Counted from the first letter of the whole stretch, positions 23,781 through 38,013 are shown. The stretch: DNA of 62,494 nt, filler included, from Globobulimina sp. (GCA_003354225.1; 28 parts of 28 records of this genome joined end to end with filler, not necessarily neighbours in it); one strand, 5' to 3'. Notes: generated by a model from the letters alone, not told the origin. Made by a program: numbers and translations.

Positions 23781-24331
23781 TAATTTATGTTATGGGGCAT
23801 ATGGGTAATTTTGAATATGGCGGCCCTGACATGGAATTTAATACACCTTATCATCTGAATGTTATATATAAGCCACAGGCGAACGAATATTTTAACAGGC
23901 TGGTTAATAAAAAACGGACTCGTTTTGGCCCGTCACTTATTCCAATGGCAACAGTATTCAGGGATATGGTAAAAATGAAAAATAGTTCAGTGCTCAATGC
24001 AACTGCTTTTATCGCCGACCAAACCCCTTCACCTAATAGTGCCTATTGGACCATATTTCTAAACCAGGATACGCCCATATTCTGGGGTACTGAAACCATT
24101 GCCAGGAAACTGAATTTTCCGGTGGTATTTCTCAGTACAAAACGAACAAAGCGGGGCTTTTATGAAATGACTCCAGAATTAATGTGCGAAAATCCAAAGG
24201 ATACTGCTAAGGGTGAATTATCGGAAATGCATACCAGGCGTTTAGAAAAAGATATTATTGATCAACCCGAAATATGGTTATGGTCACACCGAAGGTGGAA
24301 ACACAAGCGTCCGGTTGAAACCCCAAAATAG
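23771..24331 (+). CDS. Bacterial lipid A late acyltransferase (LpxL/HtrB family), C-terminal part only
   Basis: Catalytic H-x4-E (GHMGNFE), IYKP, RTRFG, FIADQTP, GTETIARK, LEKDI..QPEIWLWSHRRWK. The frame is closed upstream by TGA at 23768. The sequence style resembles Bacteroidota homologues (inference). Confidence 0.88.
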   Translation, partial: DKQIIYVMGHMGNFEYGGPDMEFNTPYHLNVIYKPQANEYFNRLVNKKRTRFGPSLIPMATVFRDMVKMKNSSVLNATAFIADQTPSPNSAYWTIFLNQDTPIFWGTETIARKLNFPVVFLSTKRTKRGFYEMTPELMCENPKDTAKGELSEMHTRRLEKDIIDQPEIWLWSHRRWKHKRPVETPK

Positions 24332-24600
24332 AAAATGAAAATGCTTGTCAGTCAAAGTCAGACGAAACATCAATCTTGAAATTTGTCCATTTGAAAATAC
24401 TTTTAAGTATATGATAAAAGAAAATCCAGGTATCGTTAAGTCCGAAGACGAAATACAGCCCATGCGGCCCGAACCAATTATTTCCAATTTGGAAGTAGTT
24501 NNNNNNNNNNNNNNNNNNNNNNNNNNNNNNNNNNNNNNNNNNNNTTAATTAATTAANNNNNNNNNNNNNNNNNNNNNNNNNNNNNNNNNNNNNNNNNNNN

Positions 24601-26736
24601 CCCGTCCCCAGAAACAGCTATGAGGCCTTGTCACATCCTTTCTTATCAGAAAATTGGGATCATTGTCAATTCATTCATTCTATCCGCTTTTATGGTTATC
24701 GACCCGAAGTGGTTTTTCCCTTGGCGGGTATCACACAGACCCGTCATGTCTGTGGCAAATGAAGCAGCCACGGCCGGGAAAAAAGACAAAAAAGACAAGA
24801 AGAAATCGAAAATACCCATCTATAATCCATTAATCAGTGACGGTCGATTCCTATATGCCATCATCCCTGAAAAGCCCATCAAAACCGAACAAGAGGCAAA
24901 GTTGAACCAATCCAACAAAGACGACGATGAAGAAGACGACAGCCCGCATATTTATATCCGACTCAACGCCTTCGATCCAATGTGCCAATTAGAGCATTGT
25001 AACAGTATCCTATTAAAACGCCCGTTGCCCTCTGAAAACCATGAAGTTGTGTTAGATTTCAACCCCTCCGATGAAACTAAACGCAAATTGAACAAATCCC
25101 AATCCACATCCAATCCGTACACGTATGACCCGTACGGCGGTGGTCGCCGCAGCCGATATTCGAGCAAATACGGCAACGTCAACTCCTCTTCCATCGACTT
25201 GGGCTGTCCGCCACAATTAAATTTCAACGGCTCATTGACCATGGAATGCTATTTTAAGTTCGAAAACGACGAAATGAAGCGCATACCACAGGAGATATTC
25301 TACCACGGCGATGGCAATTATTGGACCTTTCTGTACATTCAAAACAACACTATTTACGCCGGCTGCAATACGCCGTTGGGCTCCACCAAAGGCCATTGCG
25401 CCATAACCAGTGCAGTCAATGTATTGGAATGGACCCATTTGGCCGCCAGTTACGACGCCTCGGACGCGATTTGGCGCATTTATATCAACGGACAGCTGTC
25501 TAATCCAAACGCGCGGACCGGTAACATCCGGGCGGGTCCGAAAGCGTCCACAGCGGCGTGGATCATCGGCAGTGTCCCTACAAAACCGTTTTTCGGCAAG
25601 TTGTGCGAAGTGCGCCTATGGTCCTGTGCCAGGCCGGAGGAGCAGATCAAAAAGTGCATGAAAGTGGGAAATATCAATGTGTTGAACGACATTCTGAACG
25701 ATACTGCTTTGCGAGGGTACTGGCCGTGTCATGACGGAGTGGGGTTGTTAGTGTCTGACATCTCCAAATATAAACACTATGGTTTTGTCAAGGACTGTTC
25801 ATGGAAGCTGGGCGAAGCGCGTCCGTTTAAGTGCAATTATCATAAACCCGACGTGTTGGCTATGGACAAAATCAACGACTCCGCGTCGACGGATGGCAAA
25901 GACGCTGCGGATAAGGATAAGTTGAGCGACATTGAGAAGAAATCGGTGAAGTCGACGGATAATAACCGCATCAGTAAGACCGAGGGCGTCATTAATAACA
26001 AAAAATATGTATTGCAGTCGTTTGAGAAATCTACGTGTTCGAAGGCTGTGTTCTATACAAATGGCGAGATTTTGGTGATCGCCTATCCGTCGTTTACGTT
26101 TTGGAACAAGTCGTACCGCGGCGTGGCGCAGAAATTTGAGCTGACCAACAATTCCGGTTTGTTGACGGACGAGATCGAATATGAGGATTTCAGCCAGATA
26201 CTGTGTGCGACGTTTGTCAACGACTGGAAGTCGATGTGGGTGTACACCAAAGCGGCGCCGCACGCGTCCTGCCATACCATGGCGGCGCCCACTACGATAT
26301 CGCGATGGCGGCGGCAGCGGATGAAGTATAAACAGGATACGAGTCAGAAAAGGAAAACATTGACCACCAAACAGTTGGCTACAAAGCAGTATTATGGCCT
26401 GCGGAATATCGATTATTTTGATGACGAGAAGGAAGTGGAAGAGGAACAGTGTTCGAGTGGAGCTGATGTGATATCGATGGAGGAGCAAGGTTCCATTACG
26501 AACATTAAAGCTTTGGCCAACATATTGATCAAATTGGACGAGGATACGGAGTCGCTGCGCAGTGTGGACACGAATGAGGCCATGCCGTTATCGCTGAGTC
26601 TGCCGTTTGGTGTGGATTTGAATAAAAACACATTCGAGACTTTGTTGGAGATTGCGGAGAAATTAGCGGATGAATTTTATGCTGTGACTGACGAGAACAC
26701 GGATATTAAAATCACGCAAGTTCGGATGTTGACGTT
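24601..26736 (+). CDS. Fragment of a large protein with a LamG/concanavalin A-like domain (possibly a HECT E3 ligase-type giant protein)
   Basis: Long ORF running off the contig 3' end. LamG-like motifs LTMECYFK, WTHLAASYD, IYING, FFGKLCEVRLWS, LRGYWP. The E3 assignment is a guess from the SDGRFLY and FYTNG segments. Confidence 0.65.
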
Positions 26737-26836
26737 NNNNNNNNNNNNNNNNNNNNNNNNNNNNNNNNNNNNNNNNNNNNTTAATTAATTAANNNNNNNN
26801 NNNNNNNNNNNNNNNNNNNNNNNNNNNNNNNNNNNN

Positions 26837-27742
26837 ATCTGTGTCGTTGTGAGTTTAATTGAGTATAAGGAGATATTGATATGTTTGTGGTTTATTTTAG
26901 CAGATTGTATTAGCATTTTATCGTCAATTTTTGTAGTATCACATGGCTATATGGATAAAACTAACATATTAATTATTGCATTTCAAATTATTGTCGCTGG
27001 GCATAAAATATATTCATTAGGTTCGCATCTTTTATATATTCATAATACAGTGCCTGGCCATACCCTTGGTTTGTTTGCTAAATATATTAAAATTAATTAT
27101 AATCAATATTAGTATTAATGTGTTTTTTGTTTCTCAGTTGGATGGTATTGGATTGTTCAAATATGTTTAATAAAATGTTACTTGGCACAATTTATACTTC
27201 GGTCAAAATTAGAATATATTACAGACATTTTATATGATAATTTATTGATTGTACATGCGAAATATAGAATATTTGAGATATTATTTCCGGTTTTATTAGT
27301 TTTTGTATTTGGGATTAGTTCTTTTTATATGGCAACAAATACAAATGATTGGGACGAAGGATATATTTCTGTTGGTACATTTCTTGAATTTGCATTTATG
27401 TTTAATTGGCCATCTACAATATATGTATTATTATGGTTATGCTGTAAACAATGTCAAACTTCAAAAAAACATCAATCACTTTATAACCAATCATTAAAAA
27501 GGGTGTTTTCTGTCGGGGAAAATTCTCCTCGCTCTCCTGGTACCGGTACCGGTGTTGATAAGGTTGGGATCGATGCAGTTGATAAAATTGAGACGAATAT
27601 TGATGAAAATAGGAACGATTCAGTAGAGATAAAATATAAAGAGGATGAACACGAAACAAATGCACAAACAGTACCACTTGAAAATAATCCAATAAATATT
27701 GAAATGCAATCTATGAATCATACTACAAACGAATCAACTTAA
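26837..27742 (+). CDS. Multi-pass membrane protein, 5' partial, with intron(s)
   Basis: Hydrophobic helices in ORFs 26849..27112 and 27182..27742, followed by an acidic tail. Confidence 0.55.
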
Positions 27743-28021
27743 TTAAATTTTTTTGTAATTGTTTATATAAATATACAACTTTTCACCAAGTGATAACTGA
27801 TGAAAATTGTTTTAGTGTACCTAATTAATTTAGATTAACTTTCGTGTTCGCATTCGCAACTGTACAGTCTGTAATATAGTGTTCATGCAGTAAGAAACGC
27901 TGACATGTTTAAAGTTCACTAAAGTGCATGCTCAAGTGCTGAATGAAATCTGCCAGGAAGCTATTGGTGGTGATTACAAAACATACAACAATCCACACAG
28001 TGACTGCTGTTAATCGTACAA

Positions 28022-28972
28022 TTAAAAACCAATATACCCAAAGCAAGCAGTCATATTATTTGAATATGGTTCACATTTACCATTCCAGCATTCATTAGAA
28101 TACATCCAAAAATCACATAAATTATCATTGGAATTCACATCAAATAAATTACATCGAACGCCATCAACATAACTATCAGCTCCAGAAATTGCATCATTTC
28201 CTCCAAAACAATGAACATTATATTTATCATCAACATCAAAATGATAAGATCTAAACCATAATGCACCATCTTTCTCCCAATCTGTGTCTTGCAAATAGTT
28301 TTTCCGTTGACATTCATTGTCATTGACACAAAATCCAACTTGAAGATGTTTATAACCCTCGGCATTGCCAGTTGGATTTGAATACATCGCGAGAGGGAAT
28401 ATGGGAGCACACGAAGGCATCAACCCAAAAAACAAAAATATCATACCATACAAAACATAGCAACACCGATTGCAATTTTCCTTTTCATAACATATATATT
28501 TGGTTATTTATTTCACAAAAAGCAAAAACATACGTAGCAATAGTTGAGTGTGGGGCATTTATTGTTTATTTCACTTCGAATAAATAAGATTCCCGAGAAT
28601 GCAAAACTTGCGCAGCTGCTATAATATGCTAACCACCATTCGATATCGGTTACGATTCCAATTTCATTGATTGCAACAATTAAGAGCAATAAAATGGAGG
28701 TACAGTCTTCAATGAATGCTTTGCCAAAGACAAAGAAATTCACATTTCCCTGATTCAGATTGCTCAGTGATTGGTAGGACAGTCTTTTATTTGGACAATA
28801 GGATGCATAGAGAAAATAAATATGACCAATCACTCCAAATAAAAAGCCAGTAGATGAACATATGAGTAATGCATATGCGTAGGATTCTAATTTTATTAAA
28901 CAGGTATTTTCGCTGCCTCCAGTTCTCAATCCATAGAAGCCATTGATCCAAAGAACTGCCAAATTAACGTCC
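28022..28972 (-). CDS. Multi-pass membrane protein with Cys-rich C-terminal domain, 5' partial
   Basis: ORFs 28513..28962 and 28022..28453 join through a 53-nt GT-AG intron (28481..28533), giving NYCY|ENCNRCCY. Confidence 0.6.
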
Positions 28973-29072
28973 NNNNNNNNNNNNNNNNNNNNNNNNNNNN
29001 NNNNNNNNNNNNNNNNTTAATTAATTAANNNNNNNNNNNNNNNNNNNNNNNNNNNNNNNNNNNNNNNNNNNN

Positions 29073-31208
29073 GATAGTAAACCTTCCTTTTCTGGTTTAT
29101 CACAAGATTTGCACGGAATTAATATCAAAACACCAACAAAAAAACATGCACAACCAATATCGGTACAATTAAAGGACGATAATAAACAAGAAAAAGAAAG
29201 CATAGACGTAATAGATGCAAATGATGATTTAAGTCGTGTAATAGATGTGATATGGTGTTATTTCCCTCATTTCCCCTCCAATGAGCCACAGCGTTGTTTG
29301 TGTCTGTTACAAAATGAGATTATTACAGTTGTATCCTCCTCCGGTGATATATATTACATACCATTGCCTTGCGAGATGCAATCTATTTGGTCATTGCCCG
29401 AAGGATTGATGATTCAAGCAAAAATACCCAAAAATCTAAAGAATTATCATCACGACGACTATCCCATATTGTTCTCGTTATTAAATCCATTGGAAGAGCT
29501 AAGGCCAATCTCATTACATTTATTAAACGTACAAAGCAAAAGCTTATTTTTTGATCAATATTATCACAAAGTTGCGCTCAAATTCAAAGCACAGTCTTCC
29601 TCAGACTCAGACACAAATAATAATAATTTAAGCACTAATGTATGTTAATATGTTTCCTATGCACTATATACACAAATATTAATATGTAAATTGTAAAACA
29701 AACAGAAACGTAATAAAACCTGCTTTGAATCACCAAAAAAGCGAATGCTAAAATTTGGTCACAAAGCGCAATTATCCGCATCCACAATATTAACACCAAA
29801 AAATGATAAGAATCAATATTTAGATAATGGACAATCAGTGTCATTTAATCATGGTGATTTTTTTGAGAATAGCAATGAAATTGTGATATTTTCATCACTT
29901 ACTCAACCAATAATTGTTACTTTTAATACACAGTCATATTATCACACAATTTGGGTCATTCGGCATGACAAAAAAGAAATAAATAAGAGACTAAATACAA
30001 ACGAACACAGCAACAATCACAACAATCACAATCATAATAGTCATAAAACAAAAGTGAGTATGATTGAAGATGAGACATTATTGCATTTAAGTGATAGTGA
30101 TGAAGATAATAAAATGTTACATCATTCATTATTACATACAGCAAATGATGAAAATCAATTAAATCATAACCAACAACAAGATACATCCACTCATATGAAT
30201 CAAGTTACATTTTGTTTTTATGTTCCATGTATATATTTTTCTATTGTTTATAAACCGCAATGACAGACATCAATATCGAGTATTCGTGAATTATTAGCCG
30301 GTGATGGCCACAATAACTCGAGACAAAGAAATAAGAAAAAATGGACAATGCACAAGAAAGATTCACCAAATCCATTTAACATATCCGGCGTCACCAATGA
30401 GCACTTCCCGTCGCCCATCAATCCCATCCACAATGTAAATACCCCCACACCCAAAGCCTCCATGGCCACTTTCAAAGGGTCGACCAATTTGTATCCACAT
30501 ACTAACAATGCATCCATTGCTATTCATGACAGTGACAGTGAAGATGAGGAGAGGATCTTTTCTGAATTATTTGTAGAATGTTGCTGGAAGGAAAAGATCG
30601 GTGTATTATATAACAAAGTAAAATCTATTTATGGTGCCACCCTGGCAAACTCCATTGATTTCAATGAAAAAGCCACTGTATTTTTCGCGTGTGATATCTA
30701 TAATGATCCCTTAATTTGTATCTTCCGCTCTAAATCTAAACTGATTGCATCCTATCGATTGAAATGCAAAAGTTTAGATGAGACATTTAGTGGTCGCTGT
30801 GGTGTTGGCGTAAATGAGATGATATCTTCGAATGGATCAACCTCGTTAAATATCGAATTATTATTTGTGTGGATGGGTATAAATGATATTAAACCAATCC
30901 GTTCGTTGCGGAGTTTAAGTCATTGTGACGACGATGATTATCATTATTATCAATTTTATTCATTACATCAAAATAATAATGGAATAAATAAGGGTGCGAA
31001 TAGCATGAATAATGAGAATAATACAGATTTTGAATCATTATTGAATGGCAATGGTAATGGCTGTCAAACTCAGTCTTTATTGCAGCAAATGCAAGAAATG
31101 AGTTCATTTGATTATGATTTATTAGTTTTGAATGGTTTTACAAAAACATTAAGTATTTATAGTGCAAATTATAAATTATGTGATATTGTATTACCAAATT
31201 GTTTAAAT
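29073..31208 (+). CDS. APC1: Anaphase-promoting complex subunit 1, N-terminal region fragment
   Basis: VIWCYF...CLCLL...GDIYYIPLP..SIWSLPEGLMIQ...PILFSLLNPLEELRPI matches the APC1 N-terminus. Introns 29640..29705 and 30204..30266. Confidence 0.8.
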
Positions 31209-31874
31209 NNNNNNNNNNNNNNNNNNNNNNNNNNNNNNNNNNNNNNNNNNNNTTAATTAATTAANNNNNNNNNNNNNNNNNNNNNNNNNNNNNNNNNNNN
31301 NNNNNNNNTTTCCATGTTCTGTCTCCTTTTTAGAGCCCTTTCTTCTTTGCGTTTCCTTTTTGAATTTTGTTTTTGTATTTTTTTGTTAACTGAGTCATCA
31401 ATCATTGCAGGTGTTTGTGTGTCTGGTTGGGAATCATCAAAGTTTGAGTCATTTGGGAATATTGCAAATTTGTTTTCGTCGACGTCCATTCTGTTTAACG
31501 TTTGTGATTAGAAATTTTGAGAATAATAGTTTTTTGAGCAAGTTGTTAGTTGATAATGGCACAAACCTATTCACGCTATATCACCAAAGATATCAAGAAA
31601 AAATCAATTCTGAAAGTTGGGTGGATGGCAGACTGGAATATTGCACTGAAACGGCAAGAATAAGAATCAAAAATGAATCTGGTTCTTGCGTTGCTGAAAG
31701 GTTTGATGATTTGGTATTTAATAATTTCATGAAGAATGATACCATAAAAGTTGGTTCATTTGAAGTTAATTGAATTATAATTTATTGCAATATATTCAAA
31801 TTGTAAACAAAATAAAGCAACACAGCAAAATTACAAATAAGACACACAACACAAACAATTGCAAAACACGTATA

Positions 31875-33254
31875 TTATAATATTATATGTTTTGGTAATT
31901 TTTTGTGATTAAATTGTCTTAATTGTTTTATTGAATTTAGTTGTTTTCTATCAGCAAATCCTTGAGATATTAACACATCAAAACACACATCGACTGTCAA
32001 TGCACCACCATTATAATTATCATATTTCTCCTCTGTTTCTGTAATAAATTGTGGTATTTCAGCCGTCAAATCTGTTGGCAATGGGCACGTTAAAAATCTT
32101 TCTAATTTTGGTGTACTCTCATTTTTAGGACGCCTGAAATCATAACAATTTGGTGCAATGGGATCAGAATAACTTTGTTGTAATAAAATTCGTTTTGAAT
32201 ATGGTACAATTGGATTGGATGAGTTATCATCATAAAATACAATATTTTCCTCAAATTCATAATCATTCCCAATTTGTGGACATTTTGATTTCCTTTTTTC
32301 TTTCAAATATTCATCAGAATTATGCGAGTTTGGTGATGTTGGTGCAGAGTCTGACAATATTTTAGCTGTTTTGTATGTATTTGGTATTGTTATTTTTGAC
32401 ACCGAGTATGAAAAAGTTTGATTTTCGAGTGGTGATAATATCATTGGTTCGGACTTTGTGTCTGACAATTTTATTTTTGCTAATTTCAATTGTATTTCTG
32501 TGTTTTTATTATCTGCCTTTTTCAAATTATTTTGTGTTTTTATGGGAGATCGGAGTTTAAATTTACAGGTTTGATAAATCCTAAATAATGAATGACAAAT
32601 ACACTGCCGATTTCGTACGAAATTGGAGGTTAATAAAAGAGCAGAAATAGTCCATGATATTGGTAAATAAATTATGATTTTTGTGTTGTACGCAAATAAA
32701 AACAGAGCCATAGAAAGTGTTGACATTATGCAAGAAATCAATTGTATCTTTCGCATAAAACACACATCATTCAACATTTTATTATTAAGTTTCCGAATGT
32801 TTTCAGAAACAAAAGTATCGGCCGAATGTCTATAAGATTCAAGTAAAATATCTGAATGTTTATATGTACAGAAACAGTTAAAATACAAATGGATGACAAT
32901 TATAATTGGATATAAATAATAATAGCAATGTATGCAAATCATAAATAATACACAGAATGGAATTGCATAATACATAAATTTGCAGATAACAATATGTGTT
33001 CGGACAGGGCAGAATTGTGTCGATATAAAGAATGTGCTGTAATATCTATAAAAGGAATATAATGAATCCCAAACATAAAATATCAAAATGCAATAAATTG
33101 ATATCCAATCTGTATATGTCTCATTATATGTATTTATATGTGACCATGAATGAAATGTATACGTTTGCAAAATGAGGTGTTTATTATTATTATTATTATT
33201 ATTTTGGTTTTGCAGAATTGCATTAATTAATATTAACAATGTTAGCAATGTCAA
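31875..33254 (-). CDS. Multi-pass membrane protein with long cytoplasmic tail (start unresolved)
   Basis: About six hydrophobic segments followed by a 240-aa S/P/K-rich tail. The frame stays open for a short distance upstream. Confidence 0.55.
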   Translation of the reverse strand: MTLLTLLILINAILQNQNNNNNNNKHLILQTYTFHSWSHINTYNETYTDWISIYCILIFYVWDSLYSFYRYYSTFFISTQFCPVRTHIVICKFMYYAIPFCVLFMICIHCYYYLYPIIIVIHLYFNCFCTYKHSDILLESYRHSADTFVSENIRKLNNKMLNDVCFMRKIQLISCIMSTLSMALFLFAYNTKIIIYLPISWTISALLLTSNFVRNRQCICHSLFRIYQTCKFKLRSPIKTQNNLKKADNKNTEIQLKLAKIKLSDTKSEPMILSPLENQTFSYSVSKITIPNTYKTAKILSDSAPTSPNSHNSDEYLKEKRKSKCPQIGNDYEFEENIVFYDDNSSNPIVPYSKRILLQQSYSDPIAPNCYDFRRPKNESTPKLERFLTCPLPTDLTAEIPQFITETEEKYDNYNGGALTVDVCFDVLISQGFADRKQLNSIKQLRQFNHKKLPKHIIL

Positions 33255-33703
33255 ATATGATAAATAGAAAATAAATGATTTGGGGAAAAAATTAAATACT
33301 TCGTCATCAACGGGAAGAAATAATTTTGGGCATTTCTTTTTTTTTTATGGAAAACAAATGTTATATTTTGGATGTGGAATATTATTACATTTTCAGTTTT
33401 TATAACAACATGCAAGTTGTACGAAATTTCATATACAATTCTANNNNNNNNNNNNNNNNNNNNNNNNNNNNNNNNNNNNNNNNNNNNTTAATTAATTAAN
33501 NNNNNNNNNNNNNNNNNNNNNNNNNNNNNNNNNNNNNNNNNNNAATGTTATAATATAAATAATTACAGATATTCCAGCACATATAAATGATGATAGTAGC
33601 AGCATATCACTCGATGGGGTAACCGTCATTTATTTAAAAAAACGTTTTTTTAATTTAAACAATGAAAAACGTTTTTTTAATCCGATCAAAAAACATATTT
33701 AAA

Positions 33704-35678
33704 TTAAGACATTCGTATTAAATCTTGAATGTCAACAGGTTTCCATTCATTGCCTTGTTTTGCAAATATTGATTTATCATAAAAACAAATCGATAATTTA
33801 CCAAATTTATATACTTTTTTGCCTTCATTTTGTTTTTGAAAATCTAAATAAAATTCAATACCTAAATTTTGTGCTTTTATTTCAACCAATTCAACAATTC
33901 CAATTGAGACATTCTGCATATTCTTCATCTCATTTTTATATTCATTAATCCATTCATTTTCATTTTCATTTCTTTTGTTTTTTTTATCCTTTTTCTTCTT
34001 TTTTTTTAATTTTTTTTTATCCTTTTTGGACATAATCGATTCCATCAAAATATTTTTTATAATTCCAAATGATGGCAATGATTTTTTTCTTCTTTCTATC
34101 TTAAAATGAATTATATCCAAACAACAATTTAAATATTTTTCAATCAGTTCACAATTTAATAAATTATTTATTTTTTCAGGCTGCTGTTTCCCAAATAACT
34201 CATTCTTAACTATCGCAAACAAATTATTCCAAATAAATTCTATATTATCCAATGCCGAATCATCAGTTAACGTTTCATGCATTAAAAACAACCATTTATC
34301 AAAAAACCCATTTTTCAGCAATTTTAAATATCTCTGCTTTGAAAATATATCATTCAAATACCACAAATGTATAAAATTAAACTTTATTTTCAAAGCTAAA
34401 CATTCGTTTTTATTCTCATCCATTTTACTCACACAATTTGTTAAAATGTTGCCTAATTTCCCCAAAACAATCGTTTCTATAATAACATTATAAATATTAT
34501 CCATAGTTTTCGTATCCACCACATTTAACAGCACACATTCCCATTCTTTCAATGTAGAAATATATAAAAGATGTTCAGTCTCTGTTTTCCCAACAAATTT
34601 CCTCCAAAAACGCTTCATTTTTTTACAGATATTCCTACCCAAAACATCATCAATATCCTCAATATCAAATATAAAGTTCCATGAAATAATACATTGCCTC
34701 ATCACAACATCATTAATCTCTCTTTCTTCAAACATATGATTCAACCGAGGCACAATGTAAATATTTAACAATGTCTTATAACATTCCATCGATAACACAT
34801 CTTTTAAAGGTTTAAAAAACCGCACAAATGCGTTATTCACCTCCATCTCCAACGGATACCATTCATATAATTCCCTCCGTATTTTAGGAATAATCACATC
34901 CGCAATCAATACGTTATAAACATCTCTCTTATTATAATTATTTGACAATAATCCTTTCCATTTCATCAACATTGCAATCAATTCCTTACCGTCCACCACC
35001 TTCCATGTCATTAATTCCTTTTTAATTTGAGGAAAGACAATATTTGCAACCAATTTCCATAGCTTATACTGCAAATATTCCACATAGAACTTCTGCTGTA
35101 TCTCTTTAAAAACAGCATACATAAAATCACTGGATACCTCATCACCGTTCAATCCATCCAATAACGTTTTTAATTGACACAATTTAGATCCCCTTTGCTT
35201 GTCAATTGATTTCTGTTTCGTTAACACATCCAATTGCAACTTAATAGAATGTTTATCCTGTTCTAAATTGGCCCTTTCCCGTCGTAGCAACACTAGTTTC
35301 TCTTCAATAATATCGCATATTTTATCCACATTATGTTTAAACACACCACACATCACATTCTCACTGCCATTGCCTATCTTGTCGCTGCTCGTAATAACCA
35401 CGCCATTATCGCCGGTATAGTCATATATCTCCATCACATTTGTTCGTGCATCATTCTTCAAATAATTACTGGCTGTCTCATAACTTATTTTCCTTTTTTT
35501 GACTGGCTGTATATAAATATCGTTGTTGTTATCATTATTCTCAATAATTTTCCACATTTTCTGCTGTTGGGCAATATTTTGCTTTTCTTGGTCAGTCCTT
35601 TTTTTTATTTCTTGTAATTCCTGTTCTACGTTTTTTGGCTGTGACTGTGTTTGTTGTGCGTCAATTCCATTAAATCCC
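33704..35678 (-). CDS. TFIP11: TFIP11/Ntr1-like spliceosome disassembly factor (GCFC domain), 5' partial
   Basis: Coiled coil, repeated I(V/I)PKI...W helices, and the C-terminal motif ELVEIKAQNLGIEF...EGKKVYKFG...WKPVDIQDLI. Confidence 0.78.
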
Positions 35679-35778
35679 NNNNNNNNNNNNNNNNNNNNNN
35701 NNNNNNNNNNNNNNNNNNNNNNTTAATTAATTAANNNNNNNNNNNNNNNNNNNNNNNNNNNNNNNNNNNNNNNNNNNN

Positions 35779-36621
35779 ATATTGTTGAGGGTTTTTAATG
35801 CATTGCGGATTGCAGGCGATCGCTGAACATATTTGTTTTTGCGCATCGCCAAATCTGCCCTCTTCCAACAACAACACGGCATAGTTATTCATTATGATAT
35901 CGCAGGATGGGTCGATGGCTGCTGCGATGGAGAAATATTTCTCAGAGAGCGCATAATCTTTCATGAAATATTTGACCACAGCCATTAGATTGGTGGTGGA
36001 CGCATCCTCCATATTGGTGGATAGCAAGTATTCAATTATTTGGTCTGCAAATAGATACTCTTCGTTCTCGGTGGCTTCCCAGGAGATTGTGTACAATTCG
36101 TCGCAGCTTTTGCTGTCTATCAAGGAGGCCGTGTCGCAGTGTTGATAGAATTTGAAACATAAATTTATTAAATCGTTTGGGATGATGTAGGAATAGGCAG
36201 AGCCAGCATAGACATCAAGCTCTCGAATGAAACCAGCCACCAACACTTTAGGCAACGTTTCATATTTATGTAATATGGATATCATCTTATTTTGTCGTGA
36301 TTGGTATGATGGTAAGTCGAGATCTTGCATGTTATCCCTGGCCGTCACATTTGTGTTTGGTGTATCTGGCTCAGTTTGTATGGTTTTGTGTTGGTAAACT
36401 GATGATACACTCATTTGTCGTCGGTTTGGAGTTGGAATATGGTGGTTTGCCATATAATTTGTGTATACTGAGGTGGCCATGGATAGATTTATTAAATTGT
36501 TGGAGTCGTGACAACATTGACATTGACACTCAGATGAATTGTTATTGTTATTTATGTTTATGTTGCTCTCGTTGTTATTTTGCAAAAACTGGCCATATTG
36601 AGTTTGTACGTACTGTTTCAA
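35779..36621 (-). CDS. TPR-containing protein, 3' partial, start unresolved
   Basis: TPR-like helices (SEKYFSIAAAIDP...NNYAVLL...AIACNP), preceded by LVAGFIRE...IPNDLINLCFKFY. Confidence 0.65.
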
Positions 36622-36879
36622 ATTTGCATTTTTTTTGTCGTTGTTCTGTGATTTCTAGAAGCATAAACAATATGTGTACGTAACCTGATGGCAATGGAGA
36701 GGCAATGTCATTGATTTGTACAATTTAAGATTGATTCACTCTAAATAGAAGCAGTTATTGTTCAATCGAGATTTTCCAAGTTTTCTAGGCTTTTTTTAAA
36801 GATTATCATCAAAAAGATCTCGGTTAACGTTTGTTGGGACGTAAGAGATATATACGGTACAGTGTGGAATACATTGCAA

Positions 36880-37913
36880 ATGGTTTCAACAAAATGTAAA
36901 ACAGGATACATTGCAAAATTTGCAATAATCACATTTTGCATCCTCAGTATAGCATTCAGTGAAACAGTACAAATTGCAGACAAACATTTTGATCATCCGT
37001 ATGCTCTTTATTACTTAAACACGGTGATAGCCTCATTAATGTGCTTGTTTATACTACCAATATGGAGATATTATAGATGGAAATTTAATTTATCTGCCAA
37101 TCTAATTAAACCACAAACAGATTATCATTACAATCCATATACTCGGTTTGCAACTGGTATCATTTCGATGTGTATTTTTTATGGAATATCTGGTATATTA
37201 CTAACTAAATCATTGAACGGCAATACAATCACTGTGCCAACAAGTAATGCCATCTCTGGCATGAAACCTATTCCTACTTTTATTTTATCAGTTTTGTTTC
37301 TCAAACAAAGAGTAACTTTATCGAGTATTTTAGCAATATTTATGGCAATTACTGGCATTTTACTTTTCGTTTTTGAATTGTCATCACCTTCACCTGCACA
37401 ACAAACGGATCATGAAACATATGACACATATTATGGTATTATATTAACCATAACATGGACTGTTGGCTTTTCTGTGGGTGATATCATACTTAAAAAAACA
37501 TTTCAATATATCGAATTCGAAAAAGACCAGTTTATAATTGGTGGCATATTTATTTATGTAATTCAAGCCATTGTTGTGACAATTTTATTTTGGTGGACCT
37601 TGCTTTATCCAGAAACAGTTACTGTTAATTCATTTACATACAGCGGATTGTTATGGATCATTATTAGCGGATTGACATACTTTGCATTGTTTCTATCTTC
37701 TTATGTTGCCATTGCATTGACATCACCATTTTATTTGGGAATAGTGTCCCAATTAGCGATTCCATTATCGTTTCCTGTTGATGTATTTGTTCATAATTAC
37801 AAATTCAATATATATGCGATATTTGGAGCCTTGTTTATCATCTCTTCTTTTTTAATCTTGGAAATTAAACCAAAATGTAATAAGATTTGCTCATTTTTTG
37901 GATATTATAAGGA
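36880..37913 (+). CDS. DMT/EamA superfamily (SLC35F-like) transporter
   Basis: About 10 TM helices, PTFILSVLFLKQRVT, ALTSPFYLGIVSQLAIPLSFPVD. Confidence 0.8.
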
Positions 37914-38013
37914 NNNNNNNNNNNNNNNNNNNNNNNNNNNNNNNNNNNNNNNNNNNNTTAATTAATTAANNNNNNNNNNNNNNNNNNNNNNNNNNNNNNN
38001 NNNNNNNNNNNNN

